Assembly: GCA_003252515.1 (NCBI GenBank)
Contig: QKDR01000125.1
Coordinates: 30,272 to 94,271, forward strand
Direction of reading: 5' to 3'
From: Candidatus Delongbacteria bacterium
Lineage (GTDB): Bacteria > UBA4055
DNA: 64,000 nucleotides
Program-made: the position numbers and the translations under genes
Shown here: one piece after another, positions 37,592-48,565 of the stretch
Numbering within the stretch: position 1 is the first letter of the stretch
How the letters are laid out: the number at the start of each line of letters is the position of its first letter
The notes under the pieces: generated by a model
Database searches by the model: none
What the model was told of the DNA's origin: nothing
What the model saw: the letters and a program-made list of their open reading frames with translations, nothing else

Positions 37592-39343
37592 CTATTCGCG
37601 CCTGAACCGCTTGTTAAGCTCTTTGATGGAAAGGTCGATTATCACAGGCCTTCCGTGCGGACAGACGTGCGGGAATTCGCACTGGAAAAGGTCGTTTATA
37701 AGTTCCAGCATCTCATCCTTGGTCATTTTCTGTCCCGCCTTTATCGCTCTCTTGCAGGCGTAAGACGCAGCGACCGCCTCCATGGAATCCATCTTATTCT
37801 TTTTATAAAGCTTGTAATTGTCTATGATATCAAGAAGTTCTTTTTTCTCGTCGCCTACTGTTATTCCCATCGGTGTTTCTTCGACGATAACGGTATTCTG
37901 TCCGAAATCACTGAGTATGAAACCTATCGAATCAAGATACTCTTTTATCTCGTTAAGTATCAGTTTGTCTTCAAAAGAAAGTTCTACTTTTACCGGAAAC
38001 AGAAGCGACTGTGAAGCCATTTTAAGCTGTCCGAAATGTCTGAGCGCTTTCTCGAAAAGAATTCTTTCGTGCGCTACGTGCTGATCGATTATAAGCGCGC
38101 CGGACTCGACCTGAATAAAAATGTAGCTGTCGTGCATCTGCCATATATTTTCCGAAACGATAAGTTCGTTGTTGAACTTCAATACTCTCGTGCCGATATT
38201 CTTCTCGTCTGGCCGGAAAAATCTCTCCTGTTTTTCCGTGTTGTAGGATGGGCCGTCCTCGCTTGCCTGTTTCTGTTCCGGTTCTTTAAACTCATACGCA
38301 GAAGAAGTTTCAGGGAGTGTTCCGGTGCCAAGGTCGAGAAGTGACGACGATCCTTTCAATGAATTTTCTATAGCCTCAATGATAAGTTTTTTTATTTTAG
38401 GTTCGTCAGAGAATTTTACCGTTAGCTTGGAAGGATGGACGTTCACATCGATCTCGCTGGCAGGCATATTTATAAAGAGGATGTAGAACGGATAATAACC
38501 TTTCTCGATCAGGTTCTGATACATGTTGACTATATTGAAGCTGACCATCTTACTTTCGACTATCCTGCCGTTGATGAAAAGGAACTGGTTGTCCTTGTAT
38601 TTCCTTGCAAGCTCGGCTTTCCCGACATATCCTGTAACTGAGTATGCGCCCAGAGAATTTTCAGTTTTAAAAAGGTGCTCCTTTCCGATCTCGGGGAAAA
38701 TTTCGCATATCCTTTCATCAAGTTCCTGTGGCTTCACGTCAAAGACGACCTTTTCGTTATTGACGAACTTGAATCCGATATCCGGTCTCGACAACGTTGC
38801 TTTTTTGAAATAGGAATAGATGTATTTGTATTCCCTGTCGTCGAAATTTAAGAATTTTTTCCGGGCGGGAACATTGAAGAAAAGCGATCTGATCTTGATC
38901 TGGGTCGAATATTTTGAAGGTGACGGTCTGACTTCCGATATAGTTCCGCCTTTGATCACGATCATGTTGCCTGACTCTGCTTCTGTCGGTTTCGATACAG
39001 CTTCGACCATAGATACGGCCGCTATGCTCGGCAACGCCTCGCCGCGGAATCCCATCGTCACGATCCTCTGCAGATCGTCGAATTCCGATATCTTGGAAGT
39101 GGCGTGCCTCTCGAACGCGAGGATAAGGTTGTTCTCGTCCATACCCTTTCCGTCGTCGGATACCTCAATATAGGTCTTTCCTCCGTCCTTCACCTCAATG
39201 TAAATGTTCTTCGCCCCGGCGTCCAGCGCGTTCTCAACGAGTTCCTTAACTACGGAGACGGGTCTTTCGACGACCTCTCCGGCAGCGATCTTGTTGATCA
39301 GGTTATCAGGAAGTATTTTTATTGTGTCTGAACTCATTATCAT
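37592..39343 (-). CDS. mutL: DNA mismatch repair protein MutL.
   Basis: GHKL ATPase motifs (ELVENALDAGA, DDGKGM) and the C-terminal FPHVCPHGRP. Confidence 0.9.
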   Translation of the reverse strand: MIMSSDTIKILPDNLINKIAAGEVVERPVSVVKELVENALDAGAKNIYIEVKDGGKTYIEVSDDGKGMDENNLILAFERHATSKISEFDDLQRIVTMGFRGEALPSIAAVSMVEAVSKPTEAESGNMIVIKGGTISEVRPSPSKYSTQIKIRSLFFNVPARKKFLNFDDREYKYIYSYFKKATLSRPDIGFKFVNNEKVVFDVKPQELDERICEIFPEIGKEHLFKTENSLGAYSVTGYVGKAELARKYKDNQFLFINGRIVESKMVSFNIVNMYQNLIEKGYYPFYILFINMPASEIDVNVHPSKLTVKFSDEPKIKKLIIEAIENSLKGSSSLLDLGTGTLPETSSAYEFKEPEQKQASEDGPSYNTEKQERFFRPDEKNIGTRVLKFNNELIVSENIWQMHDSYIFIQVESGALIIDQHVAHERILFEKALRHFGQLKMASQSLLFPVKVELSFEDKLILNEIKEYLDSIGFILSDFGQNTVIVEETPMGITVGDEKKELLDIIDNYKLYKKNKMDSMEAVAASYACKRAIKAGQKMTKDEMLELINDLFQCEFPHVCPHGRPVIIDLSIKELNKRFRRE

Positions 39344-39546
39344 CCTTTACATTAAAGTCGGAAAATAAGAAAAATCCGCCGGTTTATCAACGATAATTTT
39401 TTCAGCTTGCAGGTATTCAGCCTTCCTGATTTTTGGAGCGGGAAACTCTTAAATCTTTTCGGTGGGTAGAAATGACCTCCAAATTATCATTTAATTAATG
39501 AGGGCTTAGAGTTTTTCGCTGAGAAATTACAGGAAGTCGGAATAAA

Positions 39547-39578
39547 AAAGGCGGAACCTGATCTGATCCGCCTTTAGT
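39547..39578 (-). terminator. Rho-independent terminator on the minus strand downstream of serA.
   Basis: The reverse complement forms GGCGGATCAGATCAGGTTCCGCC followed by T6. Confidence 0.5.
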
Positions 39579-39598
39579 TGAAATTATAGCCTTAACAA

Positions 39599-40528
39599 TT
39601 ACTTGTTCACCTGAAACCTTTTGTCTCCTTTTTCAAAATAAGCTATGATCTGCTCAACTGCCGCTACACCAGCGTTGATGTTGGCTTCTTCTGTTTGAGC
39701 TCCCATCTTTTTAGGCGTAAAATATACTCTTTCCTGATATTTTCCGATAAGTTCTTCAGCGCAGTCGGGAGCTACATCCGACAGATATTTGAAATCCGGC
39801 CTTTCGTTCAGGACTATTTTAAGTCCTTCCTCGCATACAACTTCTTTTCTGGCTGTATTGACGAGTACGGCGTTATTCGGCATGGACATAAGAAGACCCT
39901 TATGGATGGAGTTCTTAGTTTTCTCGTTAGCAGGGATATGAAGCGAAACATACTGACATTTAGAGTAAAGTTCTTCAACGGAATGCACGACTTTCACTCC
40001 GTCTTTCTCAATGTCTTCGTCTTTTATAAACGGATCGAAAGCGTAGATCTTCATTCCGAAACCTTTAGCGATATCCGCCACCAGTTTACCGACGTTGCCG
40101 TATGCGTGAATACCGATAGTTTTGCCTTTAAGTTCAGACCCTGATTTGCCGTTGAACTTTCCTCTGGCCATATAGATCATCATCCCTATTGCAAGTTCCG
40201 CGACCGCGTTGGAGTTCTGACCGGGGGTGTTCATAGCGACAATACCTTTTGCAGATGCGGCAGCAAGATCAATGTTGTCATAACCTGCGCCGGCCCTGAC
40301 TATCACTTTCAGCCTGTCGCCGGCATTGATCACTTCTTTTGTGGCTTTATCGCTTCTTATTATCATCGCGTCGGCTTCTTTCGCGGCTTCGACCAGCTGA
40401 GACTGCTCGGTATATTTCTCAAGTAGTTTTAGTTCATAACCGGGATTCTGGTCAATGACGGCTTTTATTAGATCAACAGCTTCTTTTGCAAAAGGCTTGT
40501 CGGTCGCGATTAATATAGTTTTAGACAT
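39599..40528 (-). CDS. serA: D-3-phosphoglycerate dehydrogenase (short-type D-isomer-specific 2-hydroxyacid dehydrogenase).
   Basis: NAD-binding motif GIHAYGNVGK. The 2-hydroxyacid dehydrogenase signature is present. It is adjacent to serC. Confidence 0.75.
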   Translation of the reverse strand: MSKTILIATDKPFAKEAVDLIKAVIDQNPGYELKLLEKYTEQSQLVEAAKEADAMIIRSDKATKEVINAGDRLKVIVRAGAGYDNIDLAAASAKGIVAMNTPGQNSNAVAELAIGMMIYMARGKFNGKSGSELKGKTIGIHAYGNVGKLVADIAKGFGMKIYAFDPFIKDEDIEKDGVKVVHSVEELYSKCQYVSLHIPANEKTKNSIHKGLLMSMPNNAVLVNTARKEVVCEEGLKIVLNERPDFKYLSDVAPDCAEELIGKYQERVYFTPKKMGAQTEEANINAGVAAVEQIIAYFEKGDKRFQVNK

Positions 40529-40546
40529 TTCGGAACCCCTTTCAGT

Positions 40547-41629
40547 TTAGTTCTCATTGTCGAATTTCTTAATGAAGGCAACAAGCTTCTCGACACCTTC
40601 TACCGGCATCGCGTTGTATATACTCGCCCTCATTCCACCGGTCTTTCTGTGCCCGCTGAGCGTTACAAGCCCTTCTTTTGCAGCTTCTGCTAGGAATTTC
40701 TTGTCGAAATCTTCAGAGTCAGTTCTGAAAGGAATGTTCATAATAGAACGGTCTTCCTTGTTCTGAACATGACATTTGAACAGTTTAGAATTATCTATAG
40801 CATCATACAGCATGGCAGCCTTCTGAACATTTATCTTTTCTATGGCTGGTACTCCTCCGATGCTCAGAAGGTGTTCGAATCCCAGTTTAGCAAGGTAGAT
40901 ACCGTAAGTCGGCGGAGTATTGAACATTGATCCCGCGTCTGCGTGGGTCTTATAGTTCAGCATAGTGGGAGTCTCAGGTCTTGCATAACCGATGAGGTCT
41001 TCGCGGATAATAACTACTGTGACACCGGCAGGTCCTATATTTTTCTGCGCTCCCGCATAGATCATTGCGAAATCGTTCACGTCGATGACTTTTGAAAGAA
41101 TATCAGAAGACATATCGACAACAAGAGGTTTACCTTTCACGTCCGGATATTTCTTGAAAGAAGTACCGAAAATTGTATTGTTCGATGTCATGTGAACATA
41201 ATCAGCGTCAGCTCTGAACTCATTCTCGTTTATAGACGGAAGATGATTGAAGACTTCGGGTTCTGAACTTGCCACAACTTTAACGTCGCCGAATCTCTGG
41301 GCCTCTTTTATCGCTTTCGTCGACCACTCACCGGTATTCACATAGTCCGCTTTGCCGTTCTTCATGAGGTTCAGAGGGATCATCGCGAACTGCATAGATG
41401 CGCCACCCTGAAGAAAAAGTACCTTGTAGTTCGAAGGGATGTTCATAAGTTCTCTAAGAGCTTTTTCGGCTCCGTCGATTATAGACTGATAAACCTTGGA
41501 TCTGTGGCTCATCTCCATAACCGACATTCCTGAACCGTCGTAATTCATCATCTGCTCAGCGGCTTTTTTCAGAACAGCTTCGGGAAGAACTCCGGGTCCG
41601 GCTGAGAAGTTATATACTCTTTCTGACAT
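40547..41629 (-). CDS. serC: Phosphoserine aminotransferase.
   Basis: N-terminal YNFSAGPGVLPE. The protein is 360 aa with class-V aminotransferase architecture. Confidence 0.9.
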   Translation of the reverse strand: MSERVYNFSAGPGVLPEAVLKKAAEQMMNYDGSGMSVMEMSHRSKVYQSIIDGAEKALRELMNIPSNYKVLFLQGGASMQFAMIPLNLMKNGKADYVNTGEWSTKAIKEAQRFGDVKVVASSEPEVFNHLPSINENEFRADADYVHMTSNNTIFGTSFKKYPDVKGKPLVVDMSSDILSKVIDVNDFAMIYAGAQKNIGPAGVTVVIIREDLIGYARPETPTMLNYKTHADAGSMFNTPPTYGIYLAKLGFEHLLSIGGVPAIEKINVQKAAMLYDAIDNSKLFKCHVQNKEDRSIMNIPFRTDSEDFDKKFLAEAAKEGLVTLSGHRKTGGMRASIYNAMPVEGVEKLVAFIKKFDNEN

Positions 41630-41813
41630 TTTTCACTCCTTTATTTTTTTAAATTTCAAAATTCACCTGAAAATTCAGAACTTCAATTTATTACTAAGTA
41701 AATGTCAAGTCAAGAAATATTTTATAAACAAAAATAAGGATATATTCATACTTGATAAATCGGTTTTCTTTTAGTAGTTTTACAGTCGGTTCTAAAGTTG
41801 ACAGGAGATTACA

Positions 41814-43967
41814 ATGAAATTCGTAAAGATACTTTTTATTTTGACAGTAGTGTTCATATATTCGTGCGCCGATAAAAATATTGTAAAGGAAGATGATATG
41901 AAATATACGGATACGGCTAAAGATTATCCGGTCGCGGAAAAACAGATTACTACTGCAAATATCCACGGTATAGAACTTGCCGACGAGTATGCGTGGCTAA
42001 AAGATAAGAATGCGGAAAACAATCCAGGGATTATGGATCTTATAAAGAAAGAAAATGAATATACAAAAAAAGTCCTGAAAAACAACGTCGGACTGGAAAA
42101 GAAGTTATACGATGAGATCATATCGAAAATAGACGAATCTGACGTGTCTCTTCCGGTTCAGATTGACGAATATTACTATTATTCAAGAGATGTTAAAGGA
42201 GAACAGTATCCTGTATACTGCAGAAAGTATAAAAATCTTGAAGCTGAAGAAGAAGTACTTCTGGATATGAACGAACTTGCTAAAGATAAGGACTTTCTTG
42301 AACTTGGAGTATATAAGATCAGCCCTGATCATAAATATCTTGCTTACTCGCTTGACGACGAAGGAAACGAAAGATACACGCTTTACATCAAATATCTCTC
42401 GATCGGGACACTCTTTCCCGAGACTTTCGAAAATGTCGAGGACCTTGAATGGGCCGAGACGAACAATACTTTTTTTTATACTACAGTGAACGAAAGCTAC
42501 AGGTCGGATAAAGTTATAAGACATGTGCTCGGGACAAAAACAACTTCCGACAGGGTTATGTATACTGAAGCTGACGAATCGTTCTATGTCTGGATCGAGA
42601 AAACGAGGGACAGGAAATACCTGTTCATCGGTACGGCAAACAAAAATACTTCCGAATATCATTATCTGAAAAGTGACGATCCCATGAGCTTTTTCGATCT
42701 GATGCAGCCCAGAAAAAAAGAAGTGGAGTACTATCCCGACCACAGGGGAGATTCGTTCTATATTCTGACAAATGCGGATAAATCTTTCAATTTTAAGGTG
42801 GCGAAGGTCAAGGACAGCTTTCCGTACAAAGACAAATGGGAAACTTACATACCTCATAGAGCAGAGACATATATTGATGACATCGAACTTTTCAGGGATC
42901 ATATCGTCGTATCGGAGATAAGCGAGGGAAAAAGAACAATCAGAACGCTCGAATATGCCTCACTTCAGGGTAAGGAGATAAAATTCACCGATAAATGCTA
43001 TACGGTTTATCCCGGAACGAACGCTATGTTCGACACAGACAAATTCAGATATGTTTACGAATCTATGACCACTCCGTATTCTATTGTTGAGTACGATATG
43101 AACACGGGCGAAAAGAAGTATCTCAAGCAGCAGAAAGTAATGGGCGGTTTCGATATGACGAAATACCATTCCGAACTCGTTTACGCACTCGCGGGAGACG
43201 GTGAAAAGATACCTGTGTCACTGGTTTACCGCAGGGATAAATTCGCATACGACGGAACGAATCCTATCCTGCTTGAAGGTTATGGAGCTTACGGCGATTT
43301 TAACGACCCGTCTTTCTCGGTCTCAAGGCTCAGTCTTCTCGACAGAGGGTTCGTCGTGGGGATCGCGCACGTCAGAGGCGGACTTGAAAAAGGTAAGAAA
43401 TGGCATCTCGGCGGAATGCTCTACAACAAAAAGAACACTTTCAGTGATTTTATTTCCTGCGTGGAATACCTGATCGAGAAAAAATACGCCTCAAAGGATA
43501 AATTCATGATCACCGGAGCAAGCGCGGGCGGTATGCTGATCGGTGCGGTACTTAACGAAAGACCCGATCTTTTTAAAGCCGCAGTCTTAGAGGTCCCGTT
43601 CCTTGACGTCCTTAACACCATGCTCGACCCGACACTTTCCGCGACTGTTACGGAATATGACGAATGGGGAGATCCGAACGATAAAGGATATTTTGATTAC
43701 ATCCTGTCGTACTGTCCATACCAGAATATAAAAGCTCAGAATTATCCTGATGTTTTCGTACTGGCCGGTCTGAACGATACAAGAGTAAGCTATTGGGAGC
43801 CTCTGAAATGGATAAGCCGTTTACGGGACCGTAAAACAGATGACAACACTTCTATAATTAATATGAATGTCGCTGGACACGGCGGATCTTCAGGGCGTTA
43901 TGACTATTATAAAGAAGTAGCAATGAAATTCGCATGGATACTTAAAGAATCGGGTATAGACGACTGA
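41814..43967 (+). CDS. S9A-family serine peptidase (oligopeptidase B / prolyl oligopeptidase-like), lipoprotein.
   Basis: Lipobox FIYSCADK, an N-terminal beta-propeller region and the catalytic GASAGGMLIG motif. The C-terminal region contains a conserved His. Confidence 0.8.
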   Translation: MKFVKILFILTVVFIYSCADKNIVKEDDMKYTDTAKDYPVAEKQITTANIHGIELADEYAWLKDKNAENNPGIMDLIKKENEYTKKVLKNNVGLEKKLYDEIISKIDESDVSLPVQIDEYYYYSRDVKGEQYPVYCRKYKNLEAEEEVLLDMNELAKDKDFLELGVYKISPDHKYLAYSLDDEGNERYTLYIKYLSIGTLFPETFENVEDLEWAETNNTFFYTTVNESYRSDKVIRHVLGTKTTSDRVMYTEADESFYVWIEKTRDRKYLFIGTANKNTSEYHYLKSDDPMSFFDLMQPRKKEVEYYPDHRGDSFYILTNADKSFNFKVAKVKDSFPYKDKWETYIPHRAETYIDDIELFRDHIVVSEISEGKRTIRTLEYASLQGKEIKFTDKCYTVYPGTNAMFDTDKFRYVYESMTTPYSIVEYDMNTGEKKYLKQQKVMGGFDMTKYHSELVYALAGDGEKIPVSLVYRRDKFAYDGTNPILLEGYGAYGDFNDPSFSVSRLSLLDRGFVVGIAHVRGGLEKGKKWHLGGMLYNKKNTFSDFISCVEYLIEKKYASKDKFMITGASAGGMLIGAVLNERPDLFKAAVLEVPFLDVLNTMLDPTLSATVTEYDEWGDPNDKGYFDYILSYCPYQNIKAQNYPDVFVLAGLNDTRVSYWEPLKWISRLRDRKTDDNTSIINMNVAGHGGSSGRYDYYKEVAMKFAWILKESGIDD

Positions 43968-44096
43968 CATTTTCTGACATATCTGACACATTCAATATCT
44001 GAAAATATGATTTTTGTGCCTGTAGAAATTGGCACGGCTGTTGCATTTTATTTAATCGGAAATAAAAAACCGTGAACGATAAAAAAGGAGGGAATC

Positions 44097-44522
44097 ATGA
44101 ACCTTATAAGATGGAAAGAACTGGACAGCCTGGATAAACTCATGAACAACTTCTTCGGCCAGGACTACAACCTCAACACTGTAAAATGTCCGTCATGTCA
44201 TGCGGATGTATACGTAAAAGACAACAGTATTGTAGCGGACATAGATATGCCCGGAATTGATCCGAAAGATGTTGAGATCACGATCGAAGGTAACTATCTC
44301 AGACTGATCGGTAAAAGACAGGAGGAGAACGAGGTGAACGAAAAAGATTTCTACAGAAAAGAGATCATTAAAGGTTCGTTCGAAAGGTATATCCCCTTAC
44401 CAACGGATCAGATTGATCACGAGAACATAAAAGCGGTCTATAAAAAAGGCGTTCTTCAGGTCTCTGTACCGAAAAAAGTTGAAGAGAAGAAAAAGATCGA
44501 GATCAAAGTAGAATCAGAATAG
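44097..44522 (+). CDS. Hsp20/alpha-crystallin family small heat-shock protein.
   Basis: The alpha-crystallin domain (ADIDMPGIDPKDVEITIEGNYLRLIGKR...GVLQVSVPK). Confidence 0.8.
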   Translation: MNLIRWKELDSLDKLMNNFFGQDYNLNTVKCPSCHADVYVKDNSIVADIDMPGIDPKDVEITIEGNYLRLIGKRQEENEVNEKDFYRKEIIKGSFERYIPLPTDQIDHENIKAVYKKGVLQVSVPKKVEEKKKIEIKVESE

Positions 44523-44542
44523 TTCAGGTTGAAAAACATAAA

Positions 44543-44570
44543 AAGGCCGTCTCAGGACGGTCTTTTTTAT
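44543..44570 (+). terminator. Rho-independent terminator.
   Basis: A GGCCGTCTCAGGACGGTC hairpin followed by T6. Confidence 0.55.
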
Positions 44571-44624
44571 TGCAATTAGGATTATATTAAGTATATTTAC
44601 GAGTAACTATGGAAAGGAAAAACC

Positions 44625-45806
44625 TTGAATATGAATGATAATTATGATGTCGTTGTTGTTGGTGGCGGACCGGGAGGATGTATAGCCGCAAAAGAATGTG
44701 CGGAGAACGGTCTGAAGGTTCTGCTGTTGGAACGACACAGGGAAATAGGTATTCCTGTACGATGCGGAGAAGCTGTAGGGAAAGCCGGATTACTGGAATT
44801 TTTCAGCTCAGACCACTGGATAGTGCAAAAATATGTTAAGAAATTTAATATAAGATTTGTTGCTCCGAACGGCAAAACACTGGACCTTAATCATGAAAGT
44901 GAGGCCGCTGTTCTGGATAGAAAGATATTTGATGCAGAACTTGGAATAATGGCAGCATCAGCTGGAGCGGAGGTTGTCACAGGAGCGAATGTTACCGGTC
45001 TGATCTCGGCAAATGGATATATAACCGGGGTGAAACTAGAGTATCAGGGTAAGAGTATAGAGATCAGCTCAAAAATCGTAATAGGAGCGGACGGAATAGA
45101 ATCAAGGATCGGCCGATGGGCCGGAGTTAATACCAGTCCGAAATTCGCGGATATGGAATCATGTGTTCAGTATACTGTTGCCGGAAAAGAATTCGATAAT
45201 AACAGGATGGATTTCTATTTCGGAAAAAATATCGCTCCCACGGGTTACTTATGGGTATTCCCTAAAACGAACGGAACAGCTAATATCGGCGTAGGGGTCA
45301 ACGGGCCTGTATCAAAATCAAAGAAAGCAAAAGAATATCTGAACTGTTTTATTGACGAGAATTTCAGGGGCATATCTGTGATATGTACAACCTGCGGAGG
45401 GGTAGTCTGTGCCGAAACTTTGGAGAAAATATCGGGGAACGGATTTATGCTCGTCGGAGACGCGGCGCATCAGACCAATGCTGTTTCCGGAGGAGGTATT
45501 GTTAATGCCATGAAGGCAGGCAGGATATCTGCCGAAGTGTCGGTATCTGCGATCAGATCTGATAATGTAAGTTCCGAAAAATTGCTGGAATATGACAGGA
45601 AATGGTTGAAAAAACAGGGTAAGATGAACCGCAAATTTTACATGATCAAAGGTATAATAGAGAATATTTCTGACGATACATTAAATTCAATAACCGAAAA
45701 GCTGAACGGTCAGCCGTTCAAAAAACGGACTCTTATAAATATTTTCAAAATAGTTCTTCTGAATTATCCTAAATTAATACTTGAACTGCCGAAGCTTTTT
45801 TCATAA
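44625..45806 (+). CDS. FAD-dependent oxidoreductase of the geranylgeranyl reductase family.
   Basis: FAD-binding motif YDVVVVGGGPGGCIAA, LERHREIGIPVRCGEAV and GDAAHQ. Confidence 0.65.
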   Translation: MNMNDNYDVVVVGGGPGGCIAAKECAENGLKVLLLERHREIGIPVRCGEAVGKAGLLEFFSSDHWIVQKYVKKFNIRFVAPNGKTLDLNHESEAAVLDRKIFDAELGIMAASAGAEVVTGANVTGLISANGYITGVKLEYQGKSIEISSKIVIGADGIESRIGRWAGVNTSPKFADMESCVQYTVAGKEFDNNRMDFYFGKNIAPTGYLWVFPKTNGTANIGVGVNGPVSKSKKAKEYLNCFIDENFRGISVICTTCGGVVCAETLEKISGNGFMLVGDAAHQTNAVSGGGIVNAMKAGRISAEVSVSAIRSDNVSSEKLLEYDRKWLKKQGKMNRKFYMIKGIIENISDDTLNSITEKLNGQPFKKRTLINIFKIVLLNYPKLILELPKLFS

Positions 45807-45938
45807 AAATTTTTAAGTTGCGTAAATAATAATTCTTTAATATATTCTTTGTTGGTGTGTCTGAGCTATCTATAGATCCATATTAGATGGTCAGCCGCAT
45901 TTTGGATACAGTAAGAAATTAATCAATAGGAGATTGGG

Positions 45939-48425
45939 ATGAAGAATTATGTGACGCTGTTTTTGCTTTTAGTGATTGCCGGCGCTTTCGGTGCGGTGTA
46001 TCTTGACGAGGGTTTTGAAAGCGGAACTCTCGACGGTGTTACCATTATCGACGATGACGGTGACACTAACAACTGGCAAGTATCCGCTATCCCGGGAAAG
46101 GGAGGCGTGTACTGGGCAGAATCCGTAAGTACAGGATTAACGCCGGATAATACGATGGTATTCCCAAGTACTTGGATGGAACTGGATACTTATTTGAATT
46201 TTTGGGTAGGCGGAACAAATGCCGGAAGTTCTGAGCATCTTGAGATATATGTGGCTGATGATAATATAGATCCTTCAAATTTTATCATGGTTTATGATTC
46301 TGTCTTCACAACAAACAGCTTAGAGAATGTAGAAGTATCTCTCAGACCGTATCTCCTGCAGTTAAACGAGTGGTTCTGGGACAGCAACGTAACAATTAAA
46401 GTCAGACACTATAATACAGAAGTCAATAATGGAGCCGGATCAGCACTGGTAATAGACGATTTCAGGGCGATCTACTATCCGACGTTTAACTATGATGACC
46501 CGGCAGAACTGCCTCAGGGCGTTGTATCTCCGATGAGCAATCTTCATTTCGTATGGGATTTCTGGGACTTTAGTTCGTTGGACGAGAATTGGGAATATAT
46601 AGGATGGAATACAACCCCTATAATGAATTATATAATAACTAATGAATCCGGCGTGGTTGAAGAAAGTTACATTGAACTCACACCGAATACCGAATCTGAG
46701 TTTAACTGGACTTATTACGGTGATCTTACCGGCTGGCCGATGGGGACAAACATCGAGTACTGGTGTAAAGTCGTTGATAATACAACGTATGCTATCGAAA
46801 GCGAATCTGAGCATTTCTTTGTCGAATGGGGTGAAATATCGTACGTTCAGGGTTTTGATGATTCTAATTTATTGCCTGAAGGATGGAGCGTATTCTCGAC
46901 TGGATATAAATTCTCTACTTTCGATTATCCCTGGAAAGTTAATGAAGTGAACCAGAATGTGTATGAAGGTCAGAATTCTATAACTTCCGCAGCTCAAAGT
47001 AATTTCGGTGTATATGAGACGGAAGATTATCTTGTTTCACCGATGATGAGGGTTGACGGAGATGCAAAACTGCAGTATTTTGTTAATCAGCAGACTCCCG
47101 AAGGATATGAAGATACCTATATTGTACTTATTAATACAATCGGCGGAGACAGCACTACGATAGTTAATTCGTCCGATACACTTTTTACAGAAACTCTGGT
47201 CGCAGGTGAATTTGACAATATATGGAATGAGCGTGTTATAGAACTGAATCCGTGGGACGGTAATTTTATATGGATCGCCTTTAAACACGTTTATACTCCG
47301 ATTGATGCTAAGCTCGACAGGTATCTTAACCTTGACGAGATAAGTGTAGCGGAACTTCCGGCTCTTGAAGTTGATTATGACGGACCAGCTGCATATCCCG
47401 GAGTTGATTACCCGGTTAATGCTGTAGCGTCCGATTATTCAGGAATAAATAACCTGACTATTCACTATTCTTTGGATGGTGAGGCTGAGCAATTAATTGT
47501 GATGAATGATAACGGGGACGGAACATATTCTGCTGGTATACCCGGACAGACTGAAGGAACAAAATGTTCGTGGTACGTAGTCGCGACAGACGATTCTCCA
47601 TATCAGAATAAGACTACTTCTGATAAAAATAATATTATCTGGTTTAATGACGCCTGGCTGGAATGGGGAAGCACCGGAACATCATACTCGGATTATCCTG
47701 ATCCAATAAACGCCGGTGATAAAGTTGCCATGGACTGGAATTTCGGAACTAAAGATAATCTTTATCTAAAACAGATCGAGATTGGATGGGCTTATGACGC
47801 GCCGAACATGCCATGGAAGCTTGTAGAGTTTGATCCGGAGTCAGGTAATTTGGATGCTGAAGAGAACCCGATTGGAGAACCGACGGAGAATATTATTGGC
47901 GACCTTTATGGGATAAATACGTTTACTTCTGGTGGTGATATTTTAATCCTTGAAGGAAAAAATACTGTAGTATCAGGGCATGTTGCTCTTGTATTTGAAA
48001 CGAATACATATAACGAGATCATGCTTGATGAAAGCGGGGACAAGAGCCATGCATGGCAATGGAATTCAGTTAATCACTGGGTGACAAATTTGTGGGGTGC
48101 GTTCTATATTAAAATGTATGTTTCTCTAGAACCTGACGGAATTGAGGAGGAGTTTGTTTCCTCAACAACAGAACTCTGCCAAAATTATCCAAATCCCTTC
48201 AATCCTATTACAAGCATAAGTTTTTATAACAGGTTGCCAGGGAAAGTTGAACTTTCTGTATTTAATACTTTAGGAGAAAAAGTAGCGACATTGATAAACA
48301 AAAATATGAGTGAGGGATATAACAAAGTTGAATTTGACGCATCTAAATTCAACAGCGGTGTGTATTATTATATACTGAACACTCCGGAGAAGTCTCTGAC
48401 TAAAAAAATGATACTTATTAAGTAA
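45939..48425 (+). CDS. Large secreted protein with a canonical T9SS (Por-type) C-terminal sorting domain.
   Basis: There is a signal peptide and N-terminal DEGFESGTLDG lectin/MAM-like modules. The C-terminal ~80 aa read NYPNPFNPITSISFY...SGVYYYIL, which fits the Por_Secre_tail pattern. Confidence 0.7.
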   Translation: MKNYVTLFLLLVIAGAFGAVYLDEGFESGTLDGVTIIDDDGDTNNWQVSAIPGKGGVYWAESVSTGLTPDNTMVFPSTWMELDTYLNFWVGGTNAGSSEHLEIYVADDNIDPSNFIMVYDSVFTTNSLENVEVSLRPYLLQLNEWFWDSNVTIKVRHYNTEVNNGAGSALVIDDFRAIYYPTFNYDDPAELPQGVVSPMSNLHFVWDFWDFSSLDENWEYIGWNTTPIMNYIITNESGVVEESYIELTPNTESEFNWTYYGDLTGWPMGTNIEYWCKVVDNTTYAIESESEHFFVEWGEISYVQGFDDSNLLPEGWSVFSTGYKFSTFDYPWKVNEVNQNVYEGQNSITSAAQSNFGVYETEDYLVSPMMRVDGDAKLQYFVNQQTPEGYEDTYIVLINTIGGDSTTIVNSSDTLFTETLVAGEFDNIWNERVIELNPWDGNFIWIAFKHVYTPIDAKLDRYLNLDEISVAELPALEVDYDGPAAYPGVDYPVNAVASDYSGINNLTIHYSLDGEAEQLIVMNDNGDGTYSAGIPGQTEGTKCSWYVVATDDSPYQNKTTSDKNNIIWFNDAWLEWGSTGTSYSDYPDPINAGDKVAMDWNFGTKDNLYLKQIEIGWAYDAPNMPWKLVEFDPESGNLDAEENPIGEPTENIIGDLYGINTFTSGGDILILEGKNTVVSGHVALVFETNTYNEIMLDESGDKSHAWQWNSVNHWVTNLWGAFYIKMYVSLEPDGIEEEFVSSTTELCQNYPNPFNPITSISFYNRLPGKVELSVFNTLGEKVATLINKNMSEGYNKVEFDASKFNSGVYYYILNTPEKSLTKKMILIK

Positions 48426-48565
48426 TTAAATTTTGTTGACTTCATCGAATTTTATTATTATTTTTAGTTCACTTGTGATGAATTCTATGATAATGAGGAA
48501 ACAGAATAATGAAAAGAACGCCAAACTCAACAATAAATAAACCAAAAAAAAGCGGAGGAGTTTTT

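Noticed and set aside
42183-42902. 239-aa minus-strand ORF inside the S9 peptidase gene
   Set aside because: It is antisense to a gene with clear catalytic motifs. The translation has no recognisable features.
44097-44522. CxxC...H segment (KCPSCHADVY) near the N-terminus of Hsp20 as a possible zinc ribbon
   Set aside because: It has only two Cys and one His, so the ligand set is incomplete. It is more likely incidental sequence in the variable N-terminal region.
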